Shown piece by piece: positions 1 through 13,199 of a stretch of 64,000 nucleotides of DNA (the stretch's first letter is position 1; each line of letters begins with the position of its first letter). Below the pieces are notes generated by a model, which had not been told where the DNA came from, did no database searches, and worked only from the letters and a program-made list of their open reading frames with translations. The DNA is from Isurus oxyrinchus. Its lineage: Eukaryota. The position numbers were made by a program, and so were the translations under genes. Location: contig JANJGN010000014.1 of NCBI GenBank assembly GCA_026770705.1, positions 90,954,001 through 91,018,000 of the forward strand, read 5' to 3'.

Positions 1-121
1 CGCATTTCATGCTAGCTGGCCATTAATTGGCCAGCCAGCATGAAATCGCTGTCGGGGTCTGTTTCCCAACCGCTCCAGGCCTGCTGATCACATGCACACG
101 ACGAGGGAAAAATTCAGGCCC
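1..121. mobile_element. Right end of a PIF/Harbinger-type MITE, cut by the window edge
   Basis: Ends AAAATTCAGGCCC followed by TAA. GGCCATTAATTGGCC box and terminal sequence match the MITE ending at 36223. Confidence 0.6.
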
Positions 122-123
122 TA

Positions 124-1920
124 ATGTCGCTATTGCTTCTTTTGCCATTTACCTTAAATCTATGCTCTTTCATTCTCAATCCTTCCACTAACGGGAACAG
201 TTTCTCCCCATCTACTCTGTCTAGAACCTTCATGATTATAAATACCTCATCAAATCACCTCTCAGCCTTCTCCAAGGAAAATAGTCCCAACTTCTCCAAT
301 CTATGTAACTGAAGTTCCTCATCCTGGAAACGATTCTCATGAATCTTTTCTGACCCTCTCTAATGCCCTCATATCTTCTCTAAAGTGTGTTGTCCAGAAT
401 TAAATGCAAAACTGCAGTGTTTTATGCAGGTTTAACATAACTTCCTTGCTTTTGTACTCAATGCCCCTATTTATAAAGCCCAGAATGCCATTTGCTTCAT
501 TAACTGCACTCTCCACCTGTCCTGCCACCTTCAATGATTTATGTGCATTCACAATCTTGTCCCTCTACTCTTGCATCTCCTTTAGAATTGTACACATTGG
601 GCAGCTTTTTCCGGTTGGTGGGTGGAGGTGGGGCCCACTCGCCGACGTGTAAAATGGCGCAGGGTGACCGGGTGTGCGCCCCAACGTCTCCCTGCTTCAT
701 TTAGGTTTTCAGTTTGGCGGACGCGCAGCCAAGTCGGCTGCGCACCTCCAACCTATCAACAGCCTATTAAGGCCATTAAAAAAGTAATTGAAATGATTAA
801 TGGACCTGCCCATCCAACCTTAAGGTTGGCAGGCAGGTGAAGAGCTCAGGCAGCCTTCCAAAAAAGCATGAAACCTCATCCAAGGGTGGGATGAGGTTTC
901 ATGAGAGATTTATAATTTTCGGAATATTTTTAAATAAAAGTAATGGACGTGTTCCAGCTTATGAGGGGACATGTCAGGAAAACTTTTTCTAACCTTTAAA
1001 AAAAGTTTATAATTTCAACCGATCTCCCTAAGGCAGCACTTTGCCTCAGGGAGATCTGTGCGCTCTTTCCCCCAACTAGGGGCGCTGATCGGGAACCTGC
1101 CCGCCCGCTCCCGCACAACCCCCCTGACAGGGGGAAGATGCTGCCCTTTATTTTATATTGTTATTCTGCATTCTTCCTACCAAAATGAATCATTTCATAC
1201 TTTTCCACATTAAAATTCGTCTGCCACTTGTCTGCCCATTCCACCAATCTATGTCTTTTTGAAATTCTACACTAACCTCCTCACAGTTCACATTGCTTCC
1301 AAGTTTGGTATCATCTTCAAATTTTGAAATTGTATCCTATACATTAATATATATCAGGAAGGGCAAGGGTCCCAATACTGATCCCAGGAAAATACGCTAT
1401 AAACCTTCCTCCAGTCTGAAAAACAACTGTTAATCACCCACTACTCTGTTTCCTGTCACTTCGCCAATTTTGTATCAATGGTGCTACTGTCCCTTTTATT
1501 CCATGAGCTCTAACTTTACTTACAAGTCTGTTCTGCAGCACTTTATCTAATGCCTTTTGAATGTCCATGTACATCACATCACAGCCTTCAAGTTAAACAC
1601 AATTTTTCCTTAACAAATCCATGCTGGCTTTCCTTAATTAACTTGCATTTGTGCAAGTGATTGTTAGTTTTGTCTCAAATTATCGTTTCTAAAAGCTTCC
1701 CCACCATCAAGGTTAAACAGACTGACCTGTGGTTGCTGGGCTTATTTTTACACCATTTTTGAACAAAAGTGTAACATTTGCAATTCTCCAGTCCTCTGGC
1801 ATGGCACCACCCCTGAGTCTAAGGAAGGTTGGAAGATTTTGGCTAGTGCCTCTGCAATTTCCACTTTCAATTCCCTCAGTATCTTTGGATGCATCTTATC
1901 TGGTCTCTTAAATGACTTTG
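124..1920 (-). mobile_element. CR1 LINE fragments (ORF2 RT region), split by a MITE
   Basis: Minus ORF 1748-1930 (PDKMHPKILRELKVEIAEALAKIFQPSLDSGVVP) is typical CR1 ORF2. CR1-like sequence resumes after 1146. Confidence 0.85.
599..1146. mobile_element. PIF/Harbinger-derived MITE
   Basis: TIRs GGGCAGCTTTTTCC / GGAAGATGCTGCCC; internal palindrome CATGAAACCTCATCC..GGATGAGGTTTCATG; interrupts a CR1. Confidence 0.75.
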
Positions 1921-2168
1921 GGGGAAACATATTCAGTTAAAATCTAAGATTTTATATATGTATTAAAAACACAAAGGCAACTCAATGGTTAATTTAATTG
2001 TGCTATTTTGAAATATTAATTTTAATGTTTTTAGTTTAACACCATATTTTGTTTCATAAAATGTTTAGTCACTCAGGAAAAATGACCATTTTTCCCCCGT
2101 GATAGATATTTTAGATAAGGTAAAGTTATTGCTTCACTTCTACTTTCCTCTACATTGATAGGGTTACC

Positions 2169-2362
2169 TGACCAATCATTCAAGACCGGTGGTTTTTGTA
2201 GTCTTCAACAGAATCTTTTTGGCAGTTTCTTTACTTTTGATGTGTGTGAAGCCTTTTAAAGTATTAAAAATCTATCTTCTGTGATGATGCACATGGGATA
2301 TCAGGACCTATAGTATTCTTCCAGAGAGACAGAATTGGAGCCAGGGGGAATTTGACTCGGGT
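2169..2362 (-). pseudogene. Exon-like remnant of an unidentified decayed gene
   Basis: Acceptor ..CTATAG and donor CAG|GTAACC. Reads TRVKFPLAPILSLWKNTIGPDIP, then after a frameshift FNTLKGFTHIKSKETAKKILLKTTKTTGLE*. Confidence 0.4.
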
Positions 2363-3120
2363 CTATAGACATAATTCAATAACCATTTTAAAGTTATACA
2401 ATCTATCCTTATTTTTTAACTTTTAAAATAGATGTTCATGTCCACATTTATAATAAATTAACAATGTAAAGTTTTCGTGCTTCAATCCTGCCAATGATGG
2501 TGCCAAAGCTTCCTCATCCAGGCAGGTTGGGGAGAATATGGTATTATTGCAGCCTGACAAGTTTTACAGTCTATTCTGTTATAAATGTAGACAGCAGAAT
2601 TTCTAATGGAAGAAATTGACATGGAGATGCAACATTTTTTATTGATTATAGATTAAAAATCTTGCTTCTGTTGAAATCATCACACTTCATATGCCAAAAT
2701 TCAAACTGTCAAAAATATAAAATAGAACAGTTATATTCTTCTATACTTTCTGACTTTGATAACCTGGTCCATCCCAAGTACAAAGATCAAGGATTTATAA
2801 ACAGTTGCCAATCTACAGAAATTAAAATCAGAAGTTAACCTCATGATATTGAACGAATTCCCCACAGCTAGTCCTAACTAGGACCAGGTCAGCTCAAATA
2901 CAATTCAATCTTTGTAGGTGACCATTACAACTGTGTCAAGATCAGAAACTACCTATAAGCAACACTATAGGTAGGCAGCTAGTGTATGTTTACTTTTTGC
3001 TATTTTATGCAAAATGCATTTCTAAACTGTTTATAAATATTCCATCCCCATACAACAGCAACTGCATAACAGTGCACAAAAAGCTACATAAGCAAGGAAA
3101 ATAATCAGTAATAACATTTA

Positions 3121-4623
3121 GGGGAGATTTTATGGAGACTGCAAGAGGGAGAAACATGGCGTGCTGGGTGACTGAATTAGGTGTGAGCCGAAATTTCAAT
3201 TTCCCAATAGCAGGCTGAGATGCAGAGATTAAGTCAGCTGCATGTTTGTTGTGTTTTGGGCCTCATGCTATCCTGTGGCGGGTTCCCACTTGGAATACAT
3301 TTGCATGTCATGAATACTTATTAATGTAGAAGTTTTAAAAATTATGTCCTACCTTCAAGATAAAGTCAGTGGTGCACGAGAACCTTGTGGCATTCGGTTC
3401 ATGTTCGTTTAAAGGTGGCGTCCAACAGTCAGTTTTGCGCAATTGTGTCTGAGGTCAGCAATTTTTCTTGTTTAGCTCTGCAGTACAAGGGAGGGAACAG
3501 GAGAATGGCAGCTTACAGGAAGGCTTGGAACCAGCTAGGATGAGTCAGTGGTAGGGGGTGGTGTGGAGTGGGAAGGGAGGCACGGAGGAGTTGAAGAGTG
3601 ATCCAAGGTGGAGTAGGAGCATGGAGGAGTGGAAGAGGAAAGGGTCTGGTGTCCTGGGTATGATGGGCAGTGGTGGGAACCGTCACTGAAGGTTAGGATA
3701 TGAGGGGCTGAAAGGGTGGTTTCAGTCGTGTCCAAATATGGGTCCATCTCAGAGTGTTGACTGGCAGAGCTTAAGTTCACCTACAACATTTCAATTATCC
3801 GCACTGAGAGTGATGTCAAACATTGGGTAGCATATTACGGGGGCAGACGACTCACATTGCCCGGAAGCAAAATCGGGTGGAGCCGACCTACCCAATGCCA
3901 GCACGCCCCGCAGCCATAACACGCTATGGTGGGCTAAATTGGGGCAGTGTGGAACTTCCGTACCTCACTGGGGAGGAAGACCTGCCTTCAGGAGCTGTCA
4001 GCTCATCCGACAGGCCAGCAGCTCCAGCAGTCCCGGCAGGACCAAGAGCGCATTAGTGGGTGCTGCTGGGACTGCAAGCAAGCCCAAGAAGGCAGCCCAT
4101 GATTCCAGTGCCAGGTCAATCTACGGTCTTGGGCAAGGAGGGTTTGGGCAGTTTAGGGAGGGGGTAAGGAGGTGGGGGTAGAGTGTTTTATAGAGCATGT
4201 AGGTAGGAAAACAGTGGGTGTACTATCTTAGGGGTGCTGCTCCCCCAAAACGCAAAGGGCACTTCTCAAAGATAAAGCCTCCCCTTCCTTCCCATCCTTT
4301 GCAAAAGTTTTTTTTATAAACAGCGGCCTGCCCCTCCCACCCGACTGTCCGCTCCAGCCATTTTATGGCATGGGCATCCATTTTATGGTGTGGACAGCAT
4401 ATTATCTGGGTCAATTTGCTTGTTAACAAGATCAATTGACCCTGAATTGTTTATTTAAACATGGCGAGTGGGCTGCTGGTTTCAGCGCCTGCCCACCCCT
4501 TGTATTATGGGGGTGAGCACTGGGGTGGGCAGGAAAGTGATGGAGTGGGCACCCATCCTATTTTACATGGCTGCCCCCACCTCAGCCAAAACATGCTCAG
4601 TGGGGACACGTAAAATGCAGCCC
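3121..4623. mobile_element. Degenerate Harbinger-type non-autonomous element(s)
   Basis: Begins TTA|GGGGAGATTTTA and ends TAAAATGCAGCCC; GC/CpG-rich relative to flanks; may be two nested copies. Confidence 0.4.
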
Positions 4624-5574
4624 AATGTCCTTTACAATGCACAGAAGGGAGAGCCAGTTAAGCCTGCAAGTTCAGTTCATGTCCCACAGAGTGGTGAGTA
4701 CAACACTGGACATTAACATGAACAATCCATAAGAATGAACGCAAAAACACATAAGTGTTTCTTCCACAATAAAAAAATGTTCTTAACTCCACTGTAACCA
4801 TCAATCCATGCCAACCATGAGGCATGCCATTATATTTGACTCTCTGACTAAGCTAGTCTCAACAAATAATGACGAAGCACATCTGAATAAAGTGAAACCA
4901 ATGTAAAGTGAAATACTTACAAATGAAATTTAAATTTGAGAAACACCATGCCGCCTTTGTGCTCTCAATAAGTCAATGCCAATAATATTAATGGCAATGA
5001 AGTTGTGCAGGAGAATTGTGGCCGTAATGAAGAGCCTCCTTATTTGTCCACAGGGAGCTTTTATAGCCCAACTGTATCTGCTGCTCTGTTGCTGATGGGT
5101 TTCACTACTGAGAATGTTCCCCTGCCATATGATTTCACCTGTCTCCCGTGCATGCCACCAGCACTTTGAATTTTAATTGCAATTGCATGGGAACAAACAA
5201 AGAGGAAGAGAACTGAAATGATGCCTACTTCCTGTTTCACCATCAGGAATGGCGTGCCATAGATAAAATTTCACCCATAGTATAAGTGCTTTTATGCCCA
5301 CTGCTCAAGCAGGCAGAAATAAATTAATCCTTAGAATGGGACTGCTAACCCTCCTGGTTTCAACTTGAGTCTGTAGTATAAAGGGTTAACAGAAGGGATA
5401 AGCTAATGTATGGTGATGTATCACTGACATCAGTAAGCCAAGTAGGTTATCTCTCACAACACACAGAGAGAGAGGTTGGAACAACATGCCCAGGAGCAAC
5501 ATGCCTACTCTGTAAACTGTTTAGATGTAGTACTAAAAAACAAGTGTTAAACAAGTACCAGAGTATGTCTACAG

Positions 5575-8574
5575 ATTTAAAAACAAAAATACTGCGGATG
5601 CTGGAAATCCAAAACAAAAACAAAAACAGAATTACCTGGAAAAACTCAGCAGGTCTGGCAGCATCGGTGGAGAAGAAAAGAGTTGATGTTTCGAGTCCTC
5701 ATGACTTCGACAGAACTTGAGTTCGAGTCCAAGAAAGAGTTGAAATATAAGCTGGTTTAAGGTGTGTGTGTGGGGGGCGGAGAGAGAGAGAGAGAGAGAG
5801 GGGTGGAGTGGGGGTGTGGTTGTAGAGACAAACAAGCAGTGATAGAAGCAGATCATCAAAAGATGTCAACAACAATAATACAAAAGAACACATAGGTATT
5901 AAAGTTAAAGTTGGTGATATTATCTAAACGAATGTGCTAATTAAGAATGGATGGTAGGGCACTCAAGGTATAGCTCTAGTGGGGGTGGGGAGAGCATAAA
6001 AGATGTAAAAAATAAATAAATAAATATTTTTTTTTTCTTTTTCTCTTTTTATAATGGAAATAGGTGGGAAAAGGAAAATCTATATAATTTATTGGAAAAA
6101 AAAAGGAAGGAGGAAACAGAAAGGGGGTGGGGATGGGGGAGGGAGCTCACGACCTAAAGTTGTTGAATTCAATATTCAGTCCGGATGGCTGTAAAGTGCC
6201 TAGTCGGAAGATGAGGTATTGTTCCTCCAGTTTGCATTGGGCTTCACTGGAACAATGCAGCAAGCCAAGGACAGACATGTGGGCAAGAGAGCAGGGTGGA
6301 GTGTTAAAATGGCAAGCGATAGGGAGGTTTGGGTCATTCTTGCGGACAGACCGCAGGTGTTCTGCAAAGCGGTCGCCCAGTTTACGTTTGGTCTCTCCAA
6401 TGCAGAGGAGACCACATTGGGAGCAACGAATGCAGTAGACTAAGTTGGGGGAAATGCAAGTGAAATGCTGCTTCACTTGAAAGGAGTGTTTGGGTCCTTC
6501 GACGGTGAGGAGAGAGGAAGTGAAGGGGTAGGTATTGCATCTTTTGCGTGGGCATGGGGTGGTGCCATAGGAGGGGGTTGAGGAGTAGGGGGTGATGGAG
6601 GAGTGGACCAGGGTGTCCCGGAGGGAGCGATCCCTATGGAATGCCGATAGGGGGGGTGAAAGGGAGATGTGTTTGGTGGTGGCATCATGCTGGAGTTGGC
6701 GGAAATGGCGGAGGATGATCCTTTGAATGCGGTGGCTGGTGGGGTGATAAGTGAGGACAAGGGAGACCCTATCATGTTTCTGGGAGGGAGGAGAAGGCGT
6801 GAGGGCGGATGCGCGGGAGATGGGCCGGACACGGTTGAGGGCCCTGTCAACGACCGTGGGTGGAAAACCTTGGTTAAGGAAGAAGGAGGACATGTCAGAG
6901 GAACTGTTTTTGAAGGTAGCATCATCGGAACAGATGCGATGGAGGCGAAGGAACTGAGAGAATGGGATGGAGTCCTTACAGGAAGTGGGGTGTGAGGAGC
7001 TGTAGTCGAGGTAGCTGTGGGAGTCGGTGGGTTTGTAATGGATATTGGTGGACAGTCTATCACCAGAGATTGAGACAGAGAGGTCAAGGAAGGGAAGGGA
7101 AGTGTCAGAGATGGACCACGTGAAAATGATGGAGAGGTGGAGATTGGAAGCAAAATTAATAAATTTTTCCAAGTCCCGACGAGAGCATGAAGCGGCTTCC
7201 TGTAAGGACTCCATCCCATTCTCTCAGTTCCTTCGCTTCCGTCGCATCTGTTCCGATGATGCTACCTTCATAAACAGTTCCTCTGACATGTCCTCCTTCT
7301 TCCTTAACCGAGGTTTTCCACCCACGGTCGTTGACAGGGCCCTCAACCGTGTCCGGCCCATCTCCCGTGCATCCGCTCTCACGCCTTCTCCTCCCTCCCA
7401 GAAACATGATAGGGTCCCCCTTGTCCTCACTTATCACCCCACCAGCCACCGCATTCAAAGGATCATCCTCCGCCATTTCCGCCAACTCCAGCATGATGCC
7501 ACCACCAAACACATCTTCCCTTCACCCCCCCCTATCGGCATTCCATAGGGATCGCTCCCTCCGGGACACCCTGGTCCACTCCTCCATCACCACCTACTCC
7601 TCAACCTCCTCCTATGGCACCACCCCATGCCCACGCAAAAGATGCAATACCTGCCCCTTCACTTCCTCTCTCCTCACCGTCCAAGGACCCAAACACTCCT
7701 TTCAAGTGAAGCAGCATTTCACTTGCATTTCCCCCAACTTAGTTTACTGCATTCGTTGCTCCCAATGTGGTCTCTTCTGCATTGGAGAGACCAAACGTAA
7801 ACTGGGCGACCGCTTTGCAGAACACCTGCGGTCTGTCCGCAAGAATGACTCAAACCTTCCTGTCGCTTGCCATTTTAACACTCCACCCTGCTCTCTTGCC
7901 CACATGTCTGTCCTTGGCTTGCTGCATTGTTCCAGTGAAGCCCAACGCAAACTGGAGGAACAATACCTCATCTTCCGACTAGGTACTTTACAGCCATCCG
8001 GACTGAATATTGAATTCAACAACTTTAGGTCGTGAGCTCCCTCCCCCATCCCCACCCCCTTTCTGTTTCCCCCTTCCTTTTTTTTCCCAATAAATTATAT
8101 AGATTTTCCTTTTCCCACCTATTTCCATTATAAAAAGAGAAAAAGAAAAAAAAAATATTTATTTATTTATTTATTTATTTTTACATCTTTAATGCTCTCC
8201 CCACCCCCACTGGAGCTATACCTTGAGTGCCCTACCATCCATTCTTAATTAGCACATTCGTTTAGATAATATCACCAACTTTAACTTTAATACCTATGTG
8301 TTCTTTTGTATTATTGTTGTTGACATCTTTTGATAATCTGCTTCTATCACTGCTTGTTTGTCTCTACAACCACACCCCCACTCCACCCCTCTCTCTCTCT
8401 CTCTCTCTCTCCGCCCCCCACACACACACCTTAAACCAGCTTATATTTCAACTCTTTCTTGGACTCGAACTCAAGTTCTGTCGAAGGGTCATGAGGACTC
8501 GAAACGTCAACTCTTTTCTTCTCCACCAATGCTGCCAGACCTGCTGAGTTTTTCCAGGTAATTCTGTTTTTGTT
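5575..8574. mobile_element. Head-to-head pair of 5'-truncated Penelope-like (Neptune-type) elements, one insertion
   Basis: Minus ORF 6147-7214 and plus ORFs 7196-8035 encode the RT C-terminus, a CPRKRCNTC linker and GIY-YIG (NLVYCIRC..CIGETKR..RFAEH). 15-bp TSD AGAGTATGTCTACAG at 5560-5574 and 8575-8589. Confidence 0.93.
8474..8512 (+). ncRNA. Minimal type-I hammerhead ribozyme motif in the Penelope 3' repeat (variant core CTGTCGA)
   Basis: AGTT-CTGTCGA-AGGGTC ATGAG GACTC-GAAA-CGTC-AACT: stem I AGTT/AACT, stem II, palindromic ACGT in place of stem III. Mirror copy at 5681-5717. Confidence 0.7.
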
Positions 8575-8713
8575 AGAGTATGTCTACAGTCTGTCTAAAA
8601 AGCAAGTCCCCGCCTTGAGTCCACAGATAAGAAGGACCATTTTAGAACTTCTTAAAAATGCAATGCTTCCTTCCAAGGTGAAGGTGAGAATCAAGAAATC
8701 GCCCTCAGGGGAG

Positions 8714-9498
8714 TGTAAAGAGAGAGAAATTTCTTACAATCCAGACAGCCATCGAAACTCTAAGGAAGAGTCATTAAAAATGCAAAGTACTGGATATAAA
8801 GTAATGGCTGCTACAGATAGATATATTCAAAACCTCTTGAAAATACACAATGGGTGAAATATTTCAAGGCAAGTCTGACCAACCACTAGGGAGATATTGC
8901 AAATGACACAGGTGATGGCAAGTAAGTCTTCAGCAGAGGAAACAGGCTGAGGACTACTCACTCACCTTCTCCATCCTTTAGAATGAGTGTGTCACCCTGT
9001 TTGAGAAGCCAACCCAACTAGAAACCTACCAGTAAACCGAGATCTCATAATGATAGCAACATCTACATCTGACTACATCCAAGAAACCTGCTGATCTAAA
9101 TAGGCCACAGCATTTAAAAACTATACTTCAAGCACAATCAAACTTAACAATCATACTTCACCATATATTCTTTTATCTTTTTTTTTATTGGGCTCTAACC
9201 CTCTTTATTTCTGATACCTGAATGTGTTTGGGTCTGAATGACTGCATGTGGGCCAAATGCTTGACGTCGCATTTTTATTATTTTTTTCAGGTTTAGAGGT
9301 TAATGAATCTGCTCTTCCTTCAACTCAAGAAAAACTTGTTTGATTAGCCCCTTGTTACTCACAGCTTAAATAGTTAAGTACATTCTGATTTGGAAAAGGC
9401 ATATCCTCGTTGAAAAAAGAAACTTAAACCTTTTTTGTGAACAACAAAGAGGTTGAACAGAGGGGAGGCAGTTGACCCCTTCTCACCTGGTCATAACA
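8714..9498 (+). mobile_element. LTR-like repeat
   Basis: TGT start after purine tract AGGGGAG; ends CCTGGTCATAACA like other LTR ends here; no TSD found. Confidence 0.4.
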
Positions 9499-9670
9499 AT
9501 CCTTAGTGAGTGGTGACGTTGGCATGCTTCTAGAAATCCGAGCAAGACTAGTTGATGCCCAGCATTTGAACAACACGACGTCCTTCATGGAACAATCTTC
9601 CACCTTTTATTTAGAACCAGCTGTCTATAGCAGCTGAGGAAGTCGACTCAATCTGGGGAAGATGTTAGCA

Positions 9671-10301
9671 AAGTGGTAATATCACTGGACTAGTAGTTAC
9701 AAGGAACAGCCTAATGATCTGTGGACAAAAACAAAAAATGCTGGAGAAAAGCTCAGCAGGTCTTACAGCATCTGTGGAGAGAAAGACAGAGTTAACGTTT
9801 CGAGTCTGTATGACTGTTCAAAAGAGTCATACAGACTTGAAATGTTAACTCTGTCTTTCTCTCCACAGATACTGTCAGACCTGCTGAGCTTTTCCAGCAT
9901 TTTTTGTTTTTGTTTCAGATTTCCAGCATTCGCAGTATTTTGTCTTTATCCTAATGATCTGTGGACATGGGTTCAAATCCCACCAGTGCAGCTGGTGGAA
10001 TTTAAATTCAATTAATAAATCTGGAATTATAAAGCAAGTCTCAGTAATGGTGACCGTAAAACTAGTATCAATTGTTGTAAAAAACCTATCTTGTTCACTA
10101 ATGTCTTTTAGGGAAGGAAATCTGCCATCCTTACTTGGTCTGGCATACATATGACTCCAGACCACACAGCAATGTGGTTGACTCTTAACTGCTCTCTGAA
10201 ATGCCTAGCAAGCCACTCAGTTCAAGGGCAATTACAGATAGACAACAAATGCTGGCCTTGCCAGCAATGACCACACCCCATGAAAGAATAAAGAAAAAAA
10301 A
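9671..10301 (+). mobile_element. tRNA-derived SINE, interrupted by a Penelope mini-palindrome
   Basis: A-box-like AGTGGTAAT and B-box GGTTCAAATCC; body shared with 25211-25554 and 40090-40442; 3' tail shared with the LINE at 29090-29525; A-rich end. Confidence 0.8.
9728..9949. mobile_element. Palindromic mini-insertion of two Penelope 3' ends
   Basis: Inverted arms centred near 9820; 18-bp TSD CCTAATGATCTGTGGACA at 9710-9727 and 9950-9967. Confidence 0.88.
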
Positions 10302-10363
10302 TACCAGTAAGTTGCCCTCTTTCGCAGAGACACCATCCACTAGACCCCAAGCAGATATTGAAG

Positions 10364-11422
10364 TGTAAAGTCCATAAGATATGAAAAAGATCACAAACTA
10401 TTTAAATCAAACCTTACATTTTTGCTTATTTTAAAGGTGGACCTTACTGAATTAAAAGAGGGCTGCTGTAGGTCACATGGTTCACAAGTTGGCTACAGTT
10501 TCTAAAAATTTCCAATAGCAATTACAGGACAAAACCTTAACTTTCATTCTTGTGGAATTTCACAGCTTTCATTGTGAGAACACATTACCAGGGACCAGCA
10601 GACAATTTGTCTCCCTAGCCTGGCCCTAACAAGGGGGAAGCCATTGAAACTCATTATACCTGTAGAGGCGCTAAAAACCACCATTTATCTCCTCAGGTGA
10701 ACAATGTATTTCGACCAGAGGAATATAAGCCACTTGTTAGCCTGCCACGAACTCAATGGGCAACATCACATGATCTAAGCTTCTAGCCTTTGGAAAGTTT
10801 TAATATTACATTTCTAGACTCGCAACTCAGTCTGCTGTTTAAACTCCAGCCTGAAAACATCAAAGCAGACTCCAGGCTGACCAATGGTCTGCATCAAATC
10901 TAAGCCTCCTCAAAACCTTTTCTCTGGAAGATTCCTACCATCGCCTGCTGAGCAGACCAAGTCCCTGTATACCAATGACATCCCATTGCATCACCATCAA
11001 CTTCAAAGGAATTCTGCAAAATCCTGCTTCAGCTAGCTGAACCGTAACTCCTCTGTGAAGGAACCCTCATTGGACTCTGACTTTCTGGACTTTGACAATT
11101 ACGTGAACTGATATCCACATCTGTGGTGCTTTCTCTTTTAAGTTATTCATAGTTGTAAACACTCCTTTTTACTATCTTCTTATTGTGTGCTTGTTTGTGT
11201 GTATGAAATTGTGACCATTCCCTGGGTTTGAATGTGTGAGTAAACTGTACTTCTGATTTAACCCTAAAAAGAGTTTGCTCCAAGTCACTTTAAAAATTGA
11301 CTCACAGAGGGCTCGGGGAAACACATCACAGCCTATTTCAAAAAATCAAAACACCACTGCTTACAGACAGATGCCGAAAACATAAAGGAGTTCAGTTTTG
11401 CATCCCTCCCCTGTCTGTAACA
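10364..11422 (+). mobile_element. Solo LTR
   Basis: TGT...ACA termini with a perfect 4-bp TSD GAAG on both sides. Confidence 0.72.
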
Positions 11423-13199
11423 GAAGTTAATCTCTCAATTCTTCATTGAAGTTAGACCAGAGGTAACGGATACAGAAGACACTGCAACAGATGGTGACCA
11501 TCCATAAGAAGACCTACTGGACCTGAATTTGCTCTTTCCAGAAGAAGCCATTGTAACACTGGGTGATCTGTTGGGGGATGAGGTCTTATAGGTTGGTCTG
11601 TCTTTGCAATCAATAGATACAACATACAAAGTTTCTGTTTTTTTTTTCAGAAGTTAGCTGTGCTTCCAGTGGTTGAGCAGCATTCAGATCTTTGCTCCAC
11701 CGAACCTACTAATGTATTGCCTAGTCTATCTCTTGTTGTTCATGAGGAGTATTCCAGAGAGAATGACTTGCCTGAGTCCATGTCAGAGTCCATAGAGGAT
11801 CATACTGGCAAAGAGCTGGTACGTTCCATGGGTAAAAGTCATGTGACACCTGTATTTCAGTCCTAACTGAATGTCTTCTTACCACTAGAGCTGTATGCCA
11901 GTACAAAAGCTGTGGCAGAATCTTTAGCACTTCTAAAGCTGCAGAATCCTGCACAACAATCTTGTCTCCAAGTTAATTGCCTACAGGAAGTTCATCCCAT
12001 TATAGAAGATGGTGCTGTCTTGTCTCCATATCTTCAGCAATTCTTCTCATTGCCCGGAGTGAAGCAGCGTAATACAGAGAAAAGTATAGCTCTCTTATAA
12101 CTGCCTACAGAAAATGTACTGTTCCTCTGAAGTATCACCGGGAAATCATCTCTTCATCTTTTCTTGAAAGGCTTACAGGAATTTAGTTGTTTTCTTTCTT
12201 CATCATTTATATTCCTTGAAATCTCAGATCTTCAATAACTTATCAATATTCTGTGCAGCAGTGAATGATACAGCTGTGACAGTCTTCCCTGGAGATGAAG
12301 ATCATCCCTCTTTTCCTGTGTGCTTCAAGGGAGCAACAAGTTCCTCAGAGTCCTGAGTTCTTCTCTTCTAGTCCGAGAGAGTCCAGAGGTTGATGCACTT
12401 CAGTCTTCTCTCTTGGATAAGTCTTTCATTGCAAAAGACTTATTGTCCTGGCAGTTCAGTCATCCTGAAACCTACACCTTCCAGCTGCTAAATTGCTGCC
12501 CCATTCTGACAAAGATGATGTACTTCAAGGCAAAGAAGAAAGCCCTCATGTTTCCAAGACTGCTTCCATAAGGGCCGAGAATAATGTGGGAGACTGAATG
12601 CTTCAGGACTCTGACTTGGGGAGGGGGAAGAGTAGGAGTTCGAATTGGGTAGAAGCTGTAGTTGTGAGAAGGGAGTTATAGAAATGCAATGTGAATAGCT
12701 AACGATATAGGGTGGAATTTTCTGTGCCCGTTGGTGTCAAGCATCATGGCAACGTGAGCAGACAAAACGGTAGGAAGGCCAAAAATCGGTTTCAAGACGT
12801 CGTGAAACCAGATTGCGATCGTCCACTTCACCCGTCAATGGCGGGCCACCTTTGCTGGACATCAGGAACTTAATTTTAATATATCTGCATAATACATCAG
12901 CCCTGCTCGCTGGAATCATCCCCCATGCCAAATGTACTGCCCACATCAGCGAGAAGAGACCCCAGTGCAGAACACGTTTTGACAAGTGTGATGTGCAGAA
13001 GTCGAGACTTACCTTACTCACATCGCAGGCATCCAAGGAGCAGAAGATGCTGGAGCCCTACAGCAACAGGACCCTGGAGGAACACATGGGTGGACTCAGG
13101 TGCACATGTCTCCGCCGTGAAGCAGCTCATGGAAGGTGGAAGGTCACCGTTGAGGGTCTGCTTCGGGACGTCAGTGTCTTGGGCATGATTTGCTACCGA

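Larger units (their letters stand above)
5372..8641 (+). mobile_element. Short (~270 bp) LTR-like repeat split by the Penelope palindrome
   Basis: Starts TGTAGTATAAAGGGTTAAC. Segments 5372-5574 and 8590-8641 align end to end with the uninterrupted copy at 16682-16953. Confidence 0.7.

Noticed and set aside
7045-7548. 167-aa ORF, and the N-terminus of the 355-aa ORF, as novel proteins
   Set aside because: Read-through across the palindrome junction; antisense/sense Penelope chimeras.
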